From: a phage
Direction: 5' to 3' (one strand)
Sequence record: PZ534512.1
DNA length: 64,000 bases
Shown here: piece after piece, positions 31,624 through 44,554 of the stretch
Layout: each line of letters begins with the position of its first letter
Numbering within the stretch: the first letter of the stretch is position 1
Position numbers and translations under genes: made by a program
The notes under the pieces: generated by a model
What the model was told of the DNA's origin: nothing
What the model saw: the letters and a program-made list of their open reading frames with translations, nothing else
The model's database searches: none

Positions 31624-32484
31624 ATGAAACAATACCAAGATTTAATTAAAGACATTTTTGAAAATGGTTATGAAACCGATGACCGAACAGGCACAGGAAC
31701 AATTGCTTTGTTCGGTACTAAATTACGCTGGGATTTAACTAAAGGTTTTCCTGCAGTAACAACTAAGAAGCTCGCCTGGAATGCATGCATTGCTGAGCTT
31801 CTATGGTTTATTTCCGGTTCTACCAATGTTAATGATTTACGTCTTCGCACTCATGGTAGTCTTATTCAAGGTAAAACTATTTGGGACGATAACTATGAAA
31901 ACCAGGCTAAAGACCTAGGATATCATAGTGGTGAACTTGGTCCTATATACGGTAAACAATGGCGTGATTTCGGTGGTGTGGATCAATTAGTTGAAACTAT
32001 TGATCGTATTAAAAAATTACCAACTGATCGACGTCAAATCGTTTCAGCATGGAATCCAGCTGAAATCAATCAAATGGCATTACCGCCCTGTCATATGTTC
32101 TATCAGTTTAATGTGCGTAATGGTTATCTTGATTTACAATGGTACCAAAGAAGTGTAGATGTTTTCTTGGGCTTGCCATTCAACATTGCCTCGTACGCTG
32201 CCTTGACGCATATTGTGGCTAAGATGTGTAATCTTATCCCAGGAGATTTGATATTTTCTGGTGGTAATACTCACATCTATATGAATCATACTGAGCAATG
32301 TAAAGAAATTTTACGTCGTGAGCCTAAAGAACTATGTGAACTTAAAATTGATTGGCCTATAGAGTTTGGAAATTGTGACACCGAAACACAGCTTTACTGG
32401 TTAACTGAATACATGAAACCGAAAGATTTTATCCTTGAAAATTATGAATCGCATCCAGCAATTAAAGGGAAAATGGCAATATGA
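31624..32484 (+). CDS. td: thymidylate synthase, uninterrupted (no intron)
   Basis: 286 aa with active-site LPPCH in one continuous frame. Confidence 0.93.
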
Positions 32485-32744
32485 TTTTACGATTTAAAGA
32501 TACTTCTGGCGTTGTTCTTTTTACACTTCCTAACCCAAGCGAGTTAGAAGTTCCAGGACCAGAACAGCCTATTACCATTTATGGTAAAAAATACTATACT
32601 CATAAAATGACTCGTGAGTATTTTGATAATAAAATTTCCACAGTTAAAACTTCTTCTGACTGTTACTACGATATTACTGTTTTAACGGAAAAACAATATG
32701 ACGAATTATTCCAGCGTGGGCCGTCTATGCCGGGTAGTGAATAA
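32481..32744 (+). CDS. hypothetical protein
   Basis: 87-aa ORF coupled to td stop. Confidence 0.5.
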
Positions 32745-33024
32745 ATACAAATCCGACTTTGATGTTAATATTCACCGCGGTACATTTTGGGGAAATTACG
32801 TCGGTAAAGATGCTGGCAGCCGGGAGGCTGCCATTGAATTATTCAAAAAAGATTTTATACGTCGAATTAAATCCGGAGAAATAACTAAAGCACATTTAGA
32901 GCCTTTACGTGGAATGAGGCTAGGATGCACATGTAAACCAAAGCCGTGTCATGGTGATATAATAGCTCATATAGTTAACCGAGTGTTTAAAGACGATTTT
33001 CAAGTTGAGGACTTATGCAATTAA
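32698..33024 (+). CDS. hypothetical protein with C-terminal CTC..PCHGD motif
   Basis: 108-aa ORF; start ambiguous (ATG 32698 or GTG 32737). Confidence 0.5.
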
Positions 33025-35279
33025 TTAATGTTATCAAAAGTAGTGGTGTTTCTCAGAGCTTCGACCCACAAAAAATTATTAAAGTTTTATCTTGGGCAGC
33101 TGAAGGAACATCAGTAGATCCTTATGAATTATATGAAAATATTAAATCTTATCTCCGTGATGGAATGACAACTGATGATATTCAGACTATTGTCATTAAG
33201 GCTGCTGCGAATTCTATTTCGGTTGAAGAGCCTGATTACCAATATGTAGCTGCACGCTGTTTAATGTTTGCTCTTCGTAAGCATGTTTACGGGCAGTATG
33301 AACCGCGTTCATTTATTGACCATATTTCTTATTGCGTAAATGAAGGGAAATATGACCCTGAATTATTGTCAAAATATTCTGCGGAAGAAATTACATTTTT
33401 AGAATCAAAAATTAAGCACGAGCGGGATATGGAATTTACTTATTCCGGAGCGATGCAATTAAAAGAAAAATATCTAGTCAAAGATAAAACCACCGGTCAA
33501 ATTTATGAAACTCCGCAGTTTGCATTTATGACTATTGGAATGGCACTGCATCAAGATGAACCTGTTGATAGATTAAAACATGTTATCCGTTTTTATGAAG
33601 CAGTATCTACTCGACAGATTTCATTGCCAACTCCTATTATGGCTGGTTGTCGTACTCCGACTCGACAGTTTAGTTCATGTGTTGTTATTGAGGCAGGTGA
33701 TTCATTGAAGTCTATCAATAAGGCTTCCGCTTCAATTGTTGAATATATCTCTAAACGCGCTGGAATTGGTATTAACGTTGGTATGATTCGTGCTGAAGGT
33801 TCTAAGATTGGTATGGGTGAAGTACGCCATACCGGTGTTATTCCTTTTTGGAAACATTTTCAGACTGCAGTTAAATCATGCTCACAGGGTGGAATTCGTG
33901 GCGGCGCTGCTACTGCTTATTATCCTATTTGGCATTTGGAAGTTGAAAATCTTCTCGTTTTGAAAAATAACAAAGGCGTAGAAGAAAACCGCATTCGTCA
34001 TATGGATTATGGTGTTCAGCTGAATGATTTGATGATGGAACGATTCGGAAAGAACGATTACATTACTTTGTTCAGTCCGCATGAAATGGGTGGCGAGCTT
34101 TATTATTCTTATTTTAAAGACCAAGACCGTTTCCGTGAATTATACGAAGCAGCAGAAAAAGACCCTAATATTCGTAAAAAGCGTATTAAAGCCCGTGAAC
34201 TATTTGAATTGCTCATGACTGAACGTTCAGGAACAGCAAGGATTTATGTGCAGTTCATTGATAATACGAATAACTATACTCCGTTTATTCGTGAAAAGGC
34301 ACCTATTCGTCAGAGTAACTTGTGCTGTGAAATTGCTATTCCAACAAATGATGTGAACAGTCCTGATGCTGAAATTGGATTGTGTACTCTCTCTGCATTC
34401 GTACTAGATAATTTTGACTGGCAAGACCAAGATAAAATTAATGAATTGGCAGAAGTTCAAGTTCGTGCTCTTGATAATCTTTTGGATTATCAAGGATATC
34501 CAGTTCCTGAAGCAGAAAAAGCTAAAAAGCGTCGTAACCTCGGTGTAGGTGTTACCAACTATGCGGCTTGGCTGGCAAGTAACTTTGCTTCTTATGAAGA
34601 TGCTAACGATTTAACACATGAACTATTTGAGAGATTACAGTATGGACTCATTAAAGCATCCATTAAGCTCGCCAAAGAAAAAGGACCTTGCGAATATTAT
34701 TCAGACACTCGTTGGTCTCGAGGCGAATTACCTATCGACTGGTACAATAAAAAGATTGACCAAATCGCAGCTCCAAAATACGTTTGTGACTGGTCGTCGC
34801 TGCGGGAAGACCTTAAGCTCTTTGGCATCCGTAATAGCACATTATCAGCACTTATGCCATGTGAGTCATCTTCCCAAGTTTCTAACAGTACAAACGGTAT
34901 CGAGCCTCCACGTGGACCAGTCTCTGTTAAAGAATCAAAAGAGGGCTCCTTTAATCAAGTCGTGCCCAATATTGAGCATAACATAGACCTCTATGATTAT
35001 ACATGGAAATTAGCTAAGAAAGGTAATAAACCTTATCTTACGCAGGTAGCTATTATGCTGAAATGGGTTTGTCAATCAGCTTCAGCGAATACATACTATG
35101 ACCCCCAAATCTTCCCTAAAGGCAAGGTTCCAATGTCAATAATGATTGATGACCTTTTGTATTTCTGGTATTTTGGCGGAAAAAATTTCTATTATCATAA
35201 TACCCGTGATGGTTCTGGTACTGATGATTATGAAATAGAAACTCCAAAAGCTGAAGATTGTTCATCCTGTAAATTATGA
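33015..35279 (+). CDS. nrdA: ribonucleotide reductase large subunit
   Basis: 754 aa, class I RNR alpha. Confidence 0.93.
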   Translation: MQLINVIKSSGVSQSFDPQKIIKVLSWAAEGTSVDPYELYENIKSYLRDGMTTDDIQTIVIKAAANSISVEEPDYQYVAARCLMFALRKHVYGQYEPRSFIDHISYCVNEGKYDPELLSKYSAEEITFLESKIKHERDMEFTYSGAMQLKEKYLVKDKTTGQIYETPQFAFMTIGMALHQDEPVDRLKHVIRFYEAVSTRQISLPTPIMAGCRTPTRQFSSCVVIEAGDSLKSINKASASIVEYISKRAGIGINVGMIRAEGSKIGMGEVRHTGVIPFWKHFQTAVKSCSQGGIRGGAATAYYPIWHLEVENLLVLKNNKGVEENRIRHMDYGVQLNDLMMERFGKNDYITLFSPHEMGGELYYSYFKDQDRFRELYEAAEKDPNIRKKRIKARELFELLMTERSGTARIYVQFIDNTNNYTPFIREKAPIRQSNLCCEIAIPTNDVNSPDAEIGLCTLSAFVLDNFDWQDQDKINELAEVQVRALDNLLDYQGYPVPEAEKAKKRRNLGVGVTNYAAWLASNFASYEDANDLTHELFERLQYGLIKASIKLAKEKGPCEYYSDTRWSRGELPIDWYNKKIDQIAAPKYVCDWSSLREDLKLFGIRNSTLSALMPCESSSQVSNSTNGIEPPRGPVSVKESKEGSFNQVVPNIEHNIDLYDYTWKLAKKGNKPYLTQVAIMLKWVCQSASANTYYDPQIFPKGKVPMSIMIDDLLYFWYFGGKNFYYHNTRDGSGTDDYEIETPKAEDCSSCKL

Positions 35280-35330
35280 TATAATTTGACTCATGGACGA
35301 GTCACTATCTATTAACTAAGTGGAAAATTT

Positions 35331-36509
35331 ATGAGCACAGTTTTTAATACAAATCCAGTTGATGTTTTAAAAGAACCTATGTTTTTTGGTTCAGGTCTTG
35401 GTATTGCGCGTTATGATATTCAACGCCATAAAGTTTTTGAAGATTTGACCGAAAAGCAATTATCATTTTTCTGGCGTCCTGAAGAAGTAAACTTAATGAT
35501 GGATGCTGCACAGTTTAATAAGCTTCCTCAGTATCAGCAAAATATTTTTACTAATAACCTGAAGTATCAATCACTTTTGGATAGCATTCAGGGTCGTGCA
35601 CCGTCTGCTGTACTTATGTCATTAATTTCAGACCCAAGCCTTGATACATGGGTTGCTACATGGACTTTTAGTGAAACTATTCACAGCCGTTCATATACAC
35701 ATATCATGCGAAATCTTTATACTGATCCATCGAAGGTATTTGATGAAATTGTATTAGATGAAGCTATTATGAAACGTGCTGAATCCATTGGACGTTATTA
35801 TGATGATGTTCTGATTAAAACTCGTTATTGGGAAAACGCTAAAGCTGATATCGAATACCAAAAAGAAATTAATGCAGACGAAGACGTTATTGAAGATGCT
35901 ATTGAGCATGAGACATATTGGAAGCGTGAGCTAATGAAATCTCTTTACCTCTGTTTGCACGTTATTAATGCCTTAGAAGCTATTCGTTTTTATGTATCTT
36001 TCGCGTGTACCTTTAACTTCCATAAGAACATGGAAATCATGGAAGGTAATGCCAAGATTATGAAGTTCATTGCACGTGATGAGCAGCTTCACCTTAAAGG
36101 CACCCAATATATTATTCGTCAACTTCAACTTGGCACTGATGGCGATGAATGGGTTAAAATTGCTCAAGAGTGTGAACAAGAAGCAGTTGATATTTTCATG
36201 GAAGTTAACCGCCAAGAAAAAGATTGGGCAGTTCATTTATTTAAAGATGGCGATGTTCCTGGATTAAATACAAATAGCATGTGGAGCTTTATTGATTACT
36301 TAACTGTATCTCGTATGAAACAGTGTGGTCTTCCATGCCCAATTACCGATGCTCCGGTTAAACACCCATATCCTTGGATTCGTGAATATCTTAATTCTGA
36401 TAATGTTCAATCCGCGCCACAAGAAGTAGAACTGTCATCTTATCTTGTTGCACAGATTGATAATGATGTTGATGATAAAGTTATGATGAGTTTTAAAAAA
36501 TATTTTTAA
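35331..36509 (+). CDS. nrdB: ribonucleotide reductase small subunit, uninterrupted (no intron)
   Basis: 392 aa in one frame, follows nrdA after 51 nt. Confidence 0.9.
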   Translation: MSTVFNTNPVDVLKEPMFFGSGLGIARYDIQRHKVFEDLTEKQLSFFWRPEEVNLMMDAAQFNKLPQYQQNIFTNNLKYQSLLDSIQGRAPSAVLMSLISDPSLDTWVATWTFSETIHSRSYTHIMRNLYTDPSKVFDEIVLDEAIMKRAESIGRYYDDVLIKTRYWENAKADIEYQKEINADEDVIEDAIEHETYWKRELMKSLYLCLHVINALEAIRFYVSFACTFNFHKNMEIMEGNAKIMKFIARDEQLHLKGTQYIIRQLQLGTDGDEWVKIAQECEQEAVDIFMEVNRQEKDWAVHLFKDGDVPGLNTNSMWSFIDYLTVSRMKQCGLPCPITDAPVKHPYPWIREYLNSDNVQSAPQEVELSSYLVAQIDNDVDDKVMMSFKKYF

Positions 36510-36513
36510 GGAG

Positions 36514-36536
36514 TGGGCCGCAAGGCCCATTTTATT
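36514..36536 (+). terminator. hairpin plus T-run after nrdB
   Basis: tgggccgcaaggccca followed by ttttatt. Confidence 0.5.
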
Positions 36537-38124
<1,588 letters not shown>

Positions 38125-38127
38125 GCT

Positions 38128-38180
38128 GTTTACAAGTCCCTCATGTTGTGTTATAGTAATCTTACTGACATAACATGAGG
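38128..38180 (+). promoter_or_regulatory. early promoter embedded in inverted repeat that includes the alc RBS
   Basis: gtttacaag, -10 tatagt; arms cctcatgtt / aacatgagg; near-identical copy at 53957-54009. Confidence 0.5.
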
Positions 38181-38188
38181 ACTTTATG

Positions 38189-38692
38189 ATGGATTTGCAG
38201 CTTATTACTACTGAAATGGTCGTTGAAGCATACGGTGATACTACAGATGGGATTTCTGTATTTAAAGGAAATCGTCGAGTTGGATATATCACCGATCTTA
38301 AGAAAGATTTAGCTAAGCAAGTCAAGCGGAAAACGACCATTAAAGAATATCGAAATCGTCGTCTTGAGCAAGCCCGTGATATGCTTCCTGATGCGGTTGA
38401 AGAGATGAAAGTCTTTTTAGAAAATCAACTCGCTAAGTATGATTGTGAAGTGTTCATTAATCAGACTCAACCTAATGTTCATATCAATAGCTGTAAATGC
38501 TATATTATCGTTAATCCTTTAACGGGAAAACATCGTCTTGGAATTAGTAATCCAAATCGTAGCGCATCGGATATGGCAGAAGATGTTGCGGCATGCTTTA
38601 AAATTTCTAAATCTCCGGCGGAACATCATATTTTAATTAACGGTCTTTCTCAAGACGATATTATAGAGGTTATTAAAACTTTATGCAATTAA
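38189..38692 (+). CDS. alc: Alc, inhibitor of host transcription on cytosine DNA
   Basis: 167 aa from ATG 38189; position after rnlA. Confidence 0.8.
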   Translation: MDLQLITTEMVVEAYGDTTDGISVFKGNRRVGYITDLKKDLAKQVKRKTTIKEYRNRRLEQARDMLPDAVEEMKVFLENQLAKYDCEVFINQTQPNVHINSCKCYIIVNPLTGKHRLGISNPNRSASDMAEDVAACFKISKSPAEHHILINGLSQDDIIEVIKTLCN

Positions 38693-39036
38693 GTAATACG
38701 ACAGCAGGTTTGCTATTACTTGTAATAGTATTTGGTGGAACATCTATTATTTTAAAAAATAAGGTAGAAAGATTAGAAACATCGGTTACTGAAATTACAA
38801 AAACGGCCAATGAAAACGCCTTAGCATTAAATAATTTGCGAATTCAGTATAATTATATTGATGCGATGAATAATAAAAATCGTGAGGCAATTGCTGCTAT
38901 TGAGCGTGAAAATGAAAAACTGCGCAAAGACGCAAAGAAGGCGGATGTGGTGGCTCATAAGCCAGGATTGGTTGAAAAACAAATCAACAACTCCTTCAAC
39001 AAGTTCGCAGAAGACATCCAGGACCTTTCTAAATGA
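38683..39036 (+). CDS. hypothetical membrane-anchored protein
   Basis: 117 aa, N-terminal TM segment. Confidence 0.55.
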   Translation: MQLSNTTAGLLLLVIVFGGTSIILKNKVERLETSVTEITKTANENALALNNLRIQYNYIDAMNNKNREAIAAIERENEKLRKDAKKADVVAHKPGLVEKQINNSFNKFAEDIQDLSK

Positions 39037-39332
39037 TTAAACTATCAGCAGTAATATTATCTATTGGTCTTCTAGTTGGTTGTTCGACAAAGCCTCTAGA
39101 AGTAAAGAAAGAAACAGTTCATCCTAATTGGCCTGTGCAAATAAAGTCATATGACGAAGCTAAACTATCTTGGCAAGTTAAAGTTATTGATGGTAAAGCT
39201 TGGGTAGGTATGCCATTTGAAGATTCTCAGGAATTTCGTATTTGGCTTAATGATGTAAAACGATATGTACATGACCAGAAAACTATGATATGTTATTATC
39301 GTCAAGAGTTAAAAGAGGATAAATGTAAATGA
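39033..39332 (+). CDS. putative lipoprotein
   Basis: signal peptide with LVGC lipobox. Confidence 0.55.
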   Translation: MIKLSAVILSIGLLVGCSTKPLEVKKETVHPNWPVQIKSYDEAKLSWQVKVIDGKAWVGMPFEDSQEFRIWLNDVKRYVHDQKTMICYYRQELKEDKCK

Positions 39333-39556
39333 TTTCATGGCATCAATTTGAACATCTCAAAGGATTGATTTATGAATCCGAGATGGCTGCAATGATTTAT
39401 GGACGCCAGATTCAGCGATTAGAATCTTTACCTCCAACTAATGATGTTTTATTAGCTCAATCACGTGCTAATCTCAAAAATGAATATCAAAATAAGTGGG
39501 GCAAAGCATCTAAAGACCTACATGATTATATTCAATCATTAGTTGAGAAAAAATAA
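39329..39556 (+). CDS. hypothetical protein
   Basis: 75-aa ORF. Confidence 0.5.
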   Translation: MISWHQFEHLKGLIYESEMAAMIYGRQIQRLESLPPTNDVLLAQSRANLKNEYQNKWGKASKDLHDYIQSLVEKK

Positions 39557-40773
<1,217 letters not shown>

Positions 40774-40970
40774 TGGCTTGGCACTATGAAACTTGGGCTA
40801 TTGTTATTGTAAATAGCGGTTTAGTTGGTACTAGTAATGGGCAATTTTGTGTATTTACTAGTGAAAATAGAGCATGGGAGGAATGTCTTAAATTAAGAGA
40901 AAAGAATCCCGATGTTGAACTAGTAGTAAAGAAAACTAAACTGCCTTTACCATGGAAAACTTATGAATAA
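40774..40970 (+). CDS. hypothetical protein
   Basis: ATG 40774 overlapping pseT stop. Confidence 0.45.
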
Positions 40971-41163
40971 CCTAGAAAAGATTTATCGTCTTTGTGATAA
41001 AATTGAAAAAGAAAAGAAATATCTATTTTGTCTATGGCCTATTGTTGACGGAAGAGTAGGCCTAGATGTTCTTGATTATGAAACAGAAGACAAAGTAGAT
41101 GGCGCAACTTTTGATAACGCTTTGGATGTTATTGATTGGCTCGAAGAAAATTATGTGAGGTAA
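40963..41163 (+). CDS. hypothetical protein
   Basis: 66-aa ORF. Confidence 0.5.
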   Translation: MNNLEKIYRLCDKIEKEKKYLFCLWPIVDGRVGLDVLDYETEDKVDGATFDNALDVIDWLEENYVR

Positions 41164-41165
41164 AT

Positions 41166-41441
41166 ATGTTTCCGACTTACTCTAAAATCGTAGAAGTAGT
41201 GTTTAGCCAAATTATCGCTAATAATATGTTTGAAAAACTTGATAACGCAGCTGAGCTTCGAATCCATGCTCAAGTGACTCATGTATTGAACACTTTGCTT
41301 CCAGACCAGGTGGATTCTATTGCCATTACGCTGTATCCAGGTTCCGCGCATATCATTGTTGTATTCGGTCTTGATGCTGAGCTAGTTATCAAAGGCGACA
41401 TTCGCTTTGAATCTCAAACTGCGGAATTCAAAGCGATTTAA
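41166..41441 (+). CDS. hypothetical protein
   Basis: ATG 41166 (track ORF starts earlier). Confidence 0.5.
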   Translation: MFPTYSKIVEVVFSQIIANNMFEKLDNAAELRIHAQVTHVLNTLLPDQVDSIAITLYPGSAHIIVVFGLDAELVIKGDIRFESQTAEFKAI

Positions 41442-41503
41442 TGGTTTACTTTACGGTAGAGTTGTGATATTATAGCTCTACCAAAACAAATGAGGAAATT
41501 GAA

Positions 41504-42031
41504 ATGAGCGAATGGTTTGAAGAAGATAAGGTTTATCGCTTTAAAACTGGGTATAAAGATATTTTTAATGAAACTTGCGGGGCTAATAAACGAATTGCCC
41601 AGTTTATTGGGGAAAATTCATTTAAAGTAAAAATAGATCCTGCGAAAAATGTTATTAGCATTAAACACGAAATTGATGATTGCTGGTATAAAGCTATTGA
41701 TGTAATGGGCGAATCCTATAAAGATAGCCCGTTATTTTCAATTGCTTATATGTTAGAATATTCTTTTTTCGAAGAAGTTCAAAAAGATGATTCTGTCAGT
41801 AAATTTGAAATTAAAGCTGATAAAGAAATTAAGTGGAAAGTAGTAGGTATTACTGGTTGTATGTTTTATATCTATGCTCAAACTGATACGAAGGAAGAAG
41901 CTAAAAAGAAAGCTCTAGAATATCTTGAAGAGTATGAAGAAGGTCCGGTAATGATTACTCAAGATGCTGAATTAGTTTCTGTCAAATTAGTTAAAAATGT
42001 TGAAAGTAAGGAGCTGGGATCAACATGCTAA
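41504..42031 (+). CDS. hypothetical protein
   Basis: 175-aa ORF after promoter-like sequence 41443-41476. Confidence 0.6.
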   Translation: MSEWFEEDKVYRFKTGYKDIFNETCGANKRIAQFIGENSFKVKIDPAKNVISIKHEIDDCWYKAIDVMGESYKDSPLFSIAYMLEYSFFEEVQKDDSVSKFEIKADKEIKWKVVGITGCMFYIYAQTDTKEEAKKKALEYLEEYEEGPVMITQDAELVSVKLVKNVESKELGSTC

Positions 42032-42261
42032 GTGAAAAACCAATTACTGTTAAAGAATTCCAAGAAAAAGTTAAACTATTTGCACAGGAATTAGTAAATA
42101 AGGTTTCTGAACGATTTCCTGAAACATCGGTTCGTGTTATTACCGAAACTCCTCGTTCAGTATTAGTAATTGTGAATCCAGGTGATGGCGATCAAATATC
42201 GCATCTTAAACTGGATTTCGATGGATTAGTTGAAGCACAAAGGGTGTATGGCGTACTATGA
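42025..42261 (+). CDS. hypothetical protein
   Basis: 78-aa ORF. Confidence 0.5.
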   Translation: MLSEKPITVKEFQEKVKLFAQELVNKVSERFPETSVRVITETPRSVLVIVNPGDGDQISHLKLDFDGLVEAQRVYGVL

Positions 42262-42596
42262 TGAATTTAACTGATATAATTGATAATTGTCTTGAAAATG
42301 ATACTGGCGATCATAGAGCGCTTGATTCTGAAACAGCACAGTTCATTAGAATAACTTTAATGAATGATACTCTGGTGAATAGTATTCATCCTTCTGTGTA
42401 TGATGCTATTATTGTGACGAAGTATCCGGTTGAGCTTCACAAAAAGATGACTGGCGCAGTTTTTATTGATAAGAAAAACCGCTTTAAAGATGGGCAGAAT
42501 ATAATTAGTTCTGTTATTAAAAGTATAACTAAACTTCGTCACGAAATTTATCGTGTTGAAACTGCTAAATCTGCTTATCTGGTGATTATGAAATGA
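42258..42596 (+). CDS. hypothetical protein
   Basis: 112-aa ORF. Confidence 0.55.
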   Translation: MMNLTDIIDNCLENDTGDHRALDSETAQFIRITLMNDTLVNSIHPSVYDAIIVTKYPVELHKKMTGAVFIDKKNRFKDGQNIISSVIKSITKLRHEIYRVETAKSAYLVIMK

Positions 42597-43174
42597 AAGC
42601 GAGTACAGTACTTCAAATTGCATATTTAGTATCACAGGAATCAAAATGTTGCTCCTGGAAGGTAGGAGCAGTAATTGAAAAGAATGGACGTATTATTTCT
42701 ACTGGGTATAATGGTTCACCCGCAGGGGGTGTGAACTGTTGTGATTATGCTGCTGAGCAAGGTTGGTTGCTGAATAAACCTAAACATACTATCATCCAAG
42801 GCCATAAGCCTGAATGCGTATCATTTGGTTCAACTGATCGCTTTGTCTTGGCGAAAGAACACCGTAGCGCTCACTCTGAATGGTCGTCTAAAAATGAAAT
42901 TCATGCTGAACTAAATGCAATTTTGTTTGCTGCACGAAATGGTTCTTCTATTGAAGGTGCTACTATGTATGTAACACTTTCTCCTTGTCCAGATTGCGCA
43001 AAAGCGATAGCTCAATCTGGTATTAAAAAGCTGGTTTATTGCGAAACATATGATAAAAATAAACCTGGCTGGGATGATATTCTGCGAAATGCAGGTATTG
43101 AAGTGTTTAATGTTCCCAAGAAAAACTTGAATAAGTTAAACTGGGAAAATATCAACGAATTCTGTGGTGAATAA
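42593..43174 (+). CDS. cd: dCMP deaminase
   Basis: 193 aa; HAE...PCPDC zinc-binding deaminase motifs. Confidence 0.9.
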   Translation: MKASTVLQIAYLVSQESKCCSWKVGAVIEKNGRIISTGYNGSPAGGVNCCDYAAEQGWLLNKPKHTIIQGHKPECVSFGSTDRFVLAKEHRSAHSEWSSKNEIHAELNAILFAARNGSSIEGATMYVTLSPCPDCAKAIAQSGIKKLVYCETYDKNKPGWDDILRNAGIEVFNVPKKNLNKLNWENINEFCGE

Positions 43175-43410
43175 TGAAATTTCGTTTGGTAAAGCTCACA
43201 GCAATTAGTTCTTATTCTAACGAGAACATCTCATTTGCTGTAGAGTATAAGAAATATTTTTTCTCTAAATGGAAACAGTATTATAAAACTGATTGGACTA
43301 GTATTGATAGGCCGTATAGTTGGAAATCTGATTTAGAAAAATGCCAAAAATTGCTTTCCACTCTTAAAGAACGTGGAACAACCCATATTAAAACTGTAAT
43401 AGGTAAATAA
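43174..43410 (+). CDS. hypothetical protein
   Basis: 78-aa ORF. Confidence 0.5.
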   Translation: MKFRLVKLTAISSYSNENISFAVEYKKYFFSKWKQYYKTDWTSIDRPYSWKSDLEKCQKLLSTLKERGTTHIKTVIGK

Positions 43411-43719
43411 ATGAAACTGACGACTGAACAAAAAGTAGCAATTCGTGAAATTTTGAAAACTAAATTGTCTATGGGTATTTCAAACGTAGTTTTTGAAAAG
43501 TCTGATGGTACTATTCGTACTATGAAAGGTACTCGTGATGCGGACTTTATGCCAACTATGCAAACTGGTAAATTGACTGAATCTGCTCGGAAAGAATCTA
43601 CTGATATGATTCCAGTATTTGATGTTGAGCTTGGCGAGTGGCGAGGTTTTTCTATTGACAAATTGATTTCCGTTAATGGTATGAAAGTTGAGCATTTGCT
43701 CCAATTTATTGGTAAATAA
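43411..43719 (+). CDS. hypothetical protein
   Basis: 102-aa ORF. Confidence 0.55.
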   Translation: MKLTTEQKVAIREILKTKLSMGISNVVFEKSDGTIRTMKGTRDADFMPTMQTGKLTESARKESTDMIPVFDVELGEWRGFSIDKLISVNGMKVEHLLQFIGK

Positions 43720-43775
43720 ATGCTTTAAGAATTATTTGTTATTATTAATTCATCTGCTAACAAAAAGGAAAAATG

Positions 43776-44111
43776 ATGTCTGAAGTACAACAGCTACCAA
43801 TTCGTGCTGTCGGTGAATATGTTATTTTAGTTTCTGAACCTGCACAAGCCGGTGATGAAGAAGTTACAGAATCAGGACTTATTATCGGTAAACGTGTTCA
43901 AGGTGAAGTTCCTGAACTGTGTGTAGTTCACTCTGTTGGTCCTGATGTTCCTGAAGGTTTCTGCGAAGTTGGCGATTTGACTTCTCTTCCAGTTGGTCAA
44001 ATTCGAAATGTTCCGCATCCTTTTGTAGCTCTGGGTCTTAAGCAGCCAAAAGAAATTAAACAAAAATTCGTTACTTGTCACTATAAAGCTATTCCGTGTC
44101 TTTATAAGTGA
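43776..44111 (+). CDS. 31: co-chaperonin gp31 (GroES functional analogue)
   Basis: 111 aa, [29 protein letters not shown]... Confidence 0.85.
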
Positions 44112-44119
44112 TATAAATA
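44112..44119 (+). promoter_or_regulatory. late promoter TATAAATA
   Basis: exact tataaata immediately after gene 31 stop. Confidence 0.45.
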
Positions 44120-44237
44120 ATAATATGAATTGAGTTTCAATTCTATGTGGTAGTCTACAACTGAGAGATCTGTCGAAAGAAGATGAAATTCAGAAGAACG
44201 TGACTACCGAGTTTTAATCTCTAACGAGAATTTTTAA

Positions 44238-44486
44238 ATGATTAAACAATTACAACACGCTCTTGAACTGCAACGAAACGCATGGAATAATGGTCACGAA
44301 AACTATGGCGCATCTATTGATGTTGAAGCCGAAGCTCTTGAAATCCTGCGTTATTTCAAACATCTGAATCCTGCTCAAACTGCATTAGCTGCTGAGCTTC
44401 AGGAAAAAGATGAACTTAAGTATGCTAAGCCTCTGGCTTCTGCTGCACGAAAAGCAGTTCGTCACTTTGTGGTAACATTGAAGTAA
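44238..44486 (+). CDS. rIII: rIII lysis-inhibition accessory protein
   Basis: 82 aa, position downstream of gene 31. Confidence 0.75.
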   Translation: MIKQLQHALELQRNAWNNGHENYGASIDVEAEALEILRYFKHLNPAQTALAAELQEKDELKYAKPLASAARKAVRHFVVTLK

Positions 44487-44554
44487 TTTATTGGAGATTC
44501 ACTGCCTTAGTGTGAGCTAAAATCGAGGAGCCATCGAACTGTCTGATTAATGAT

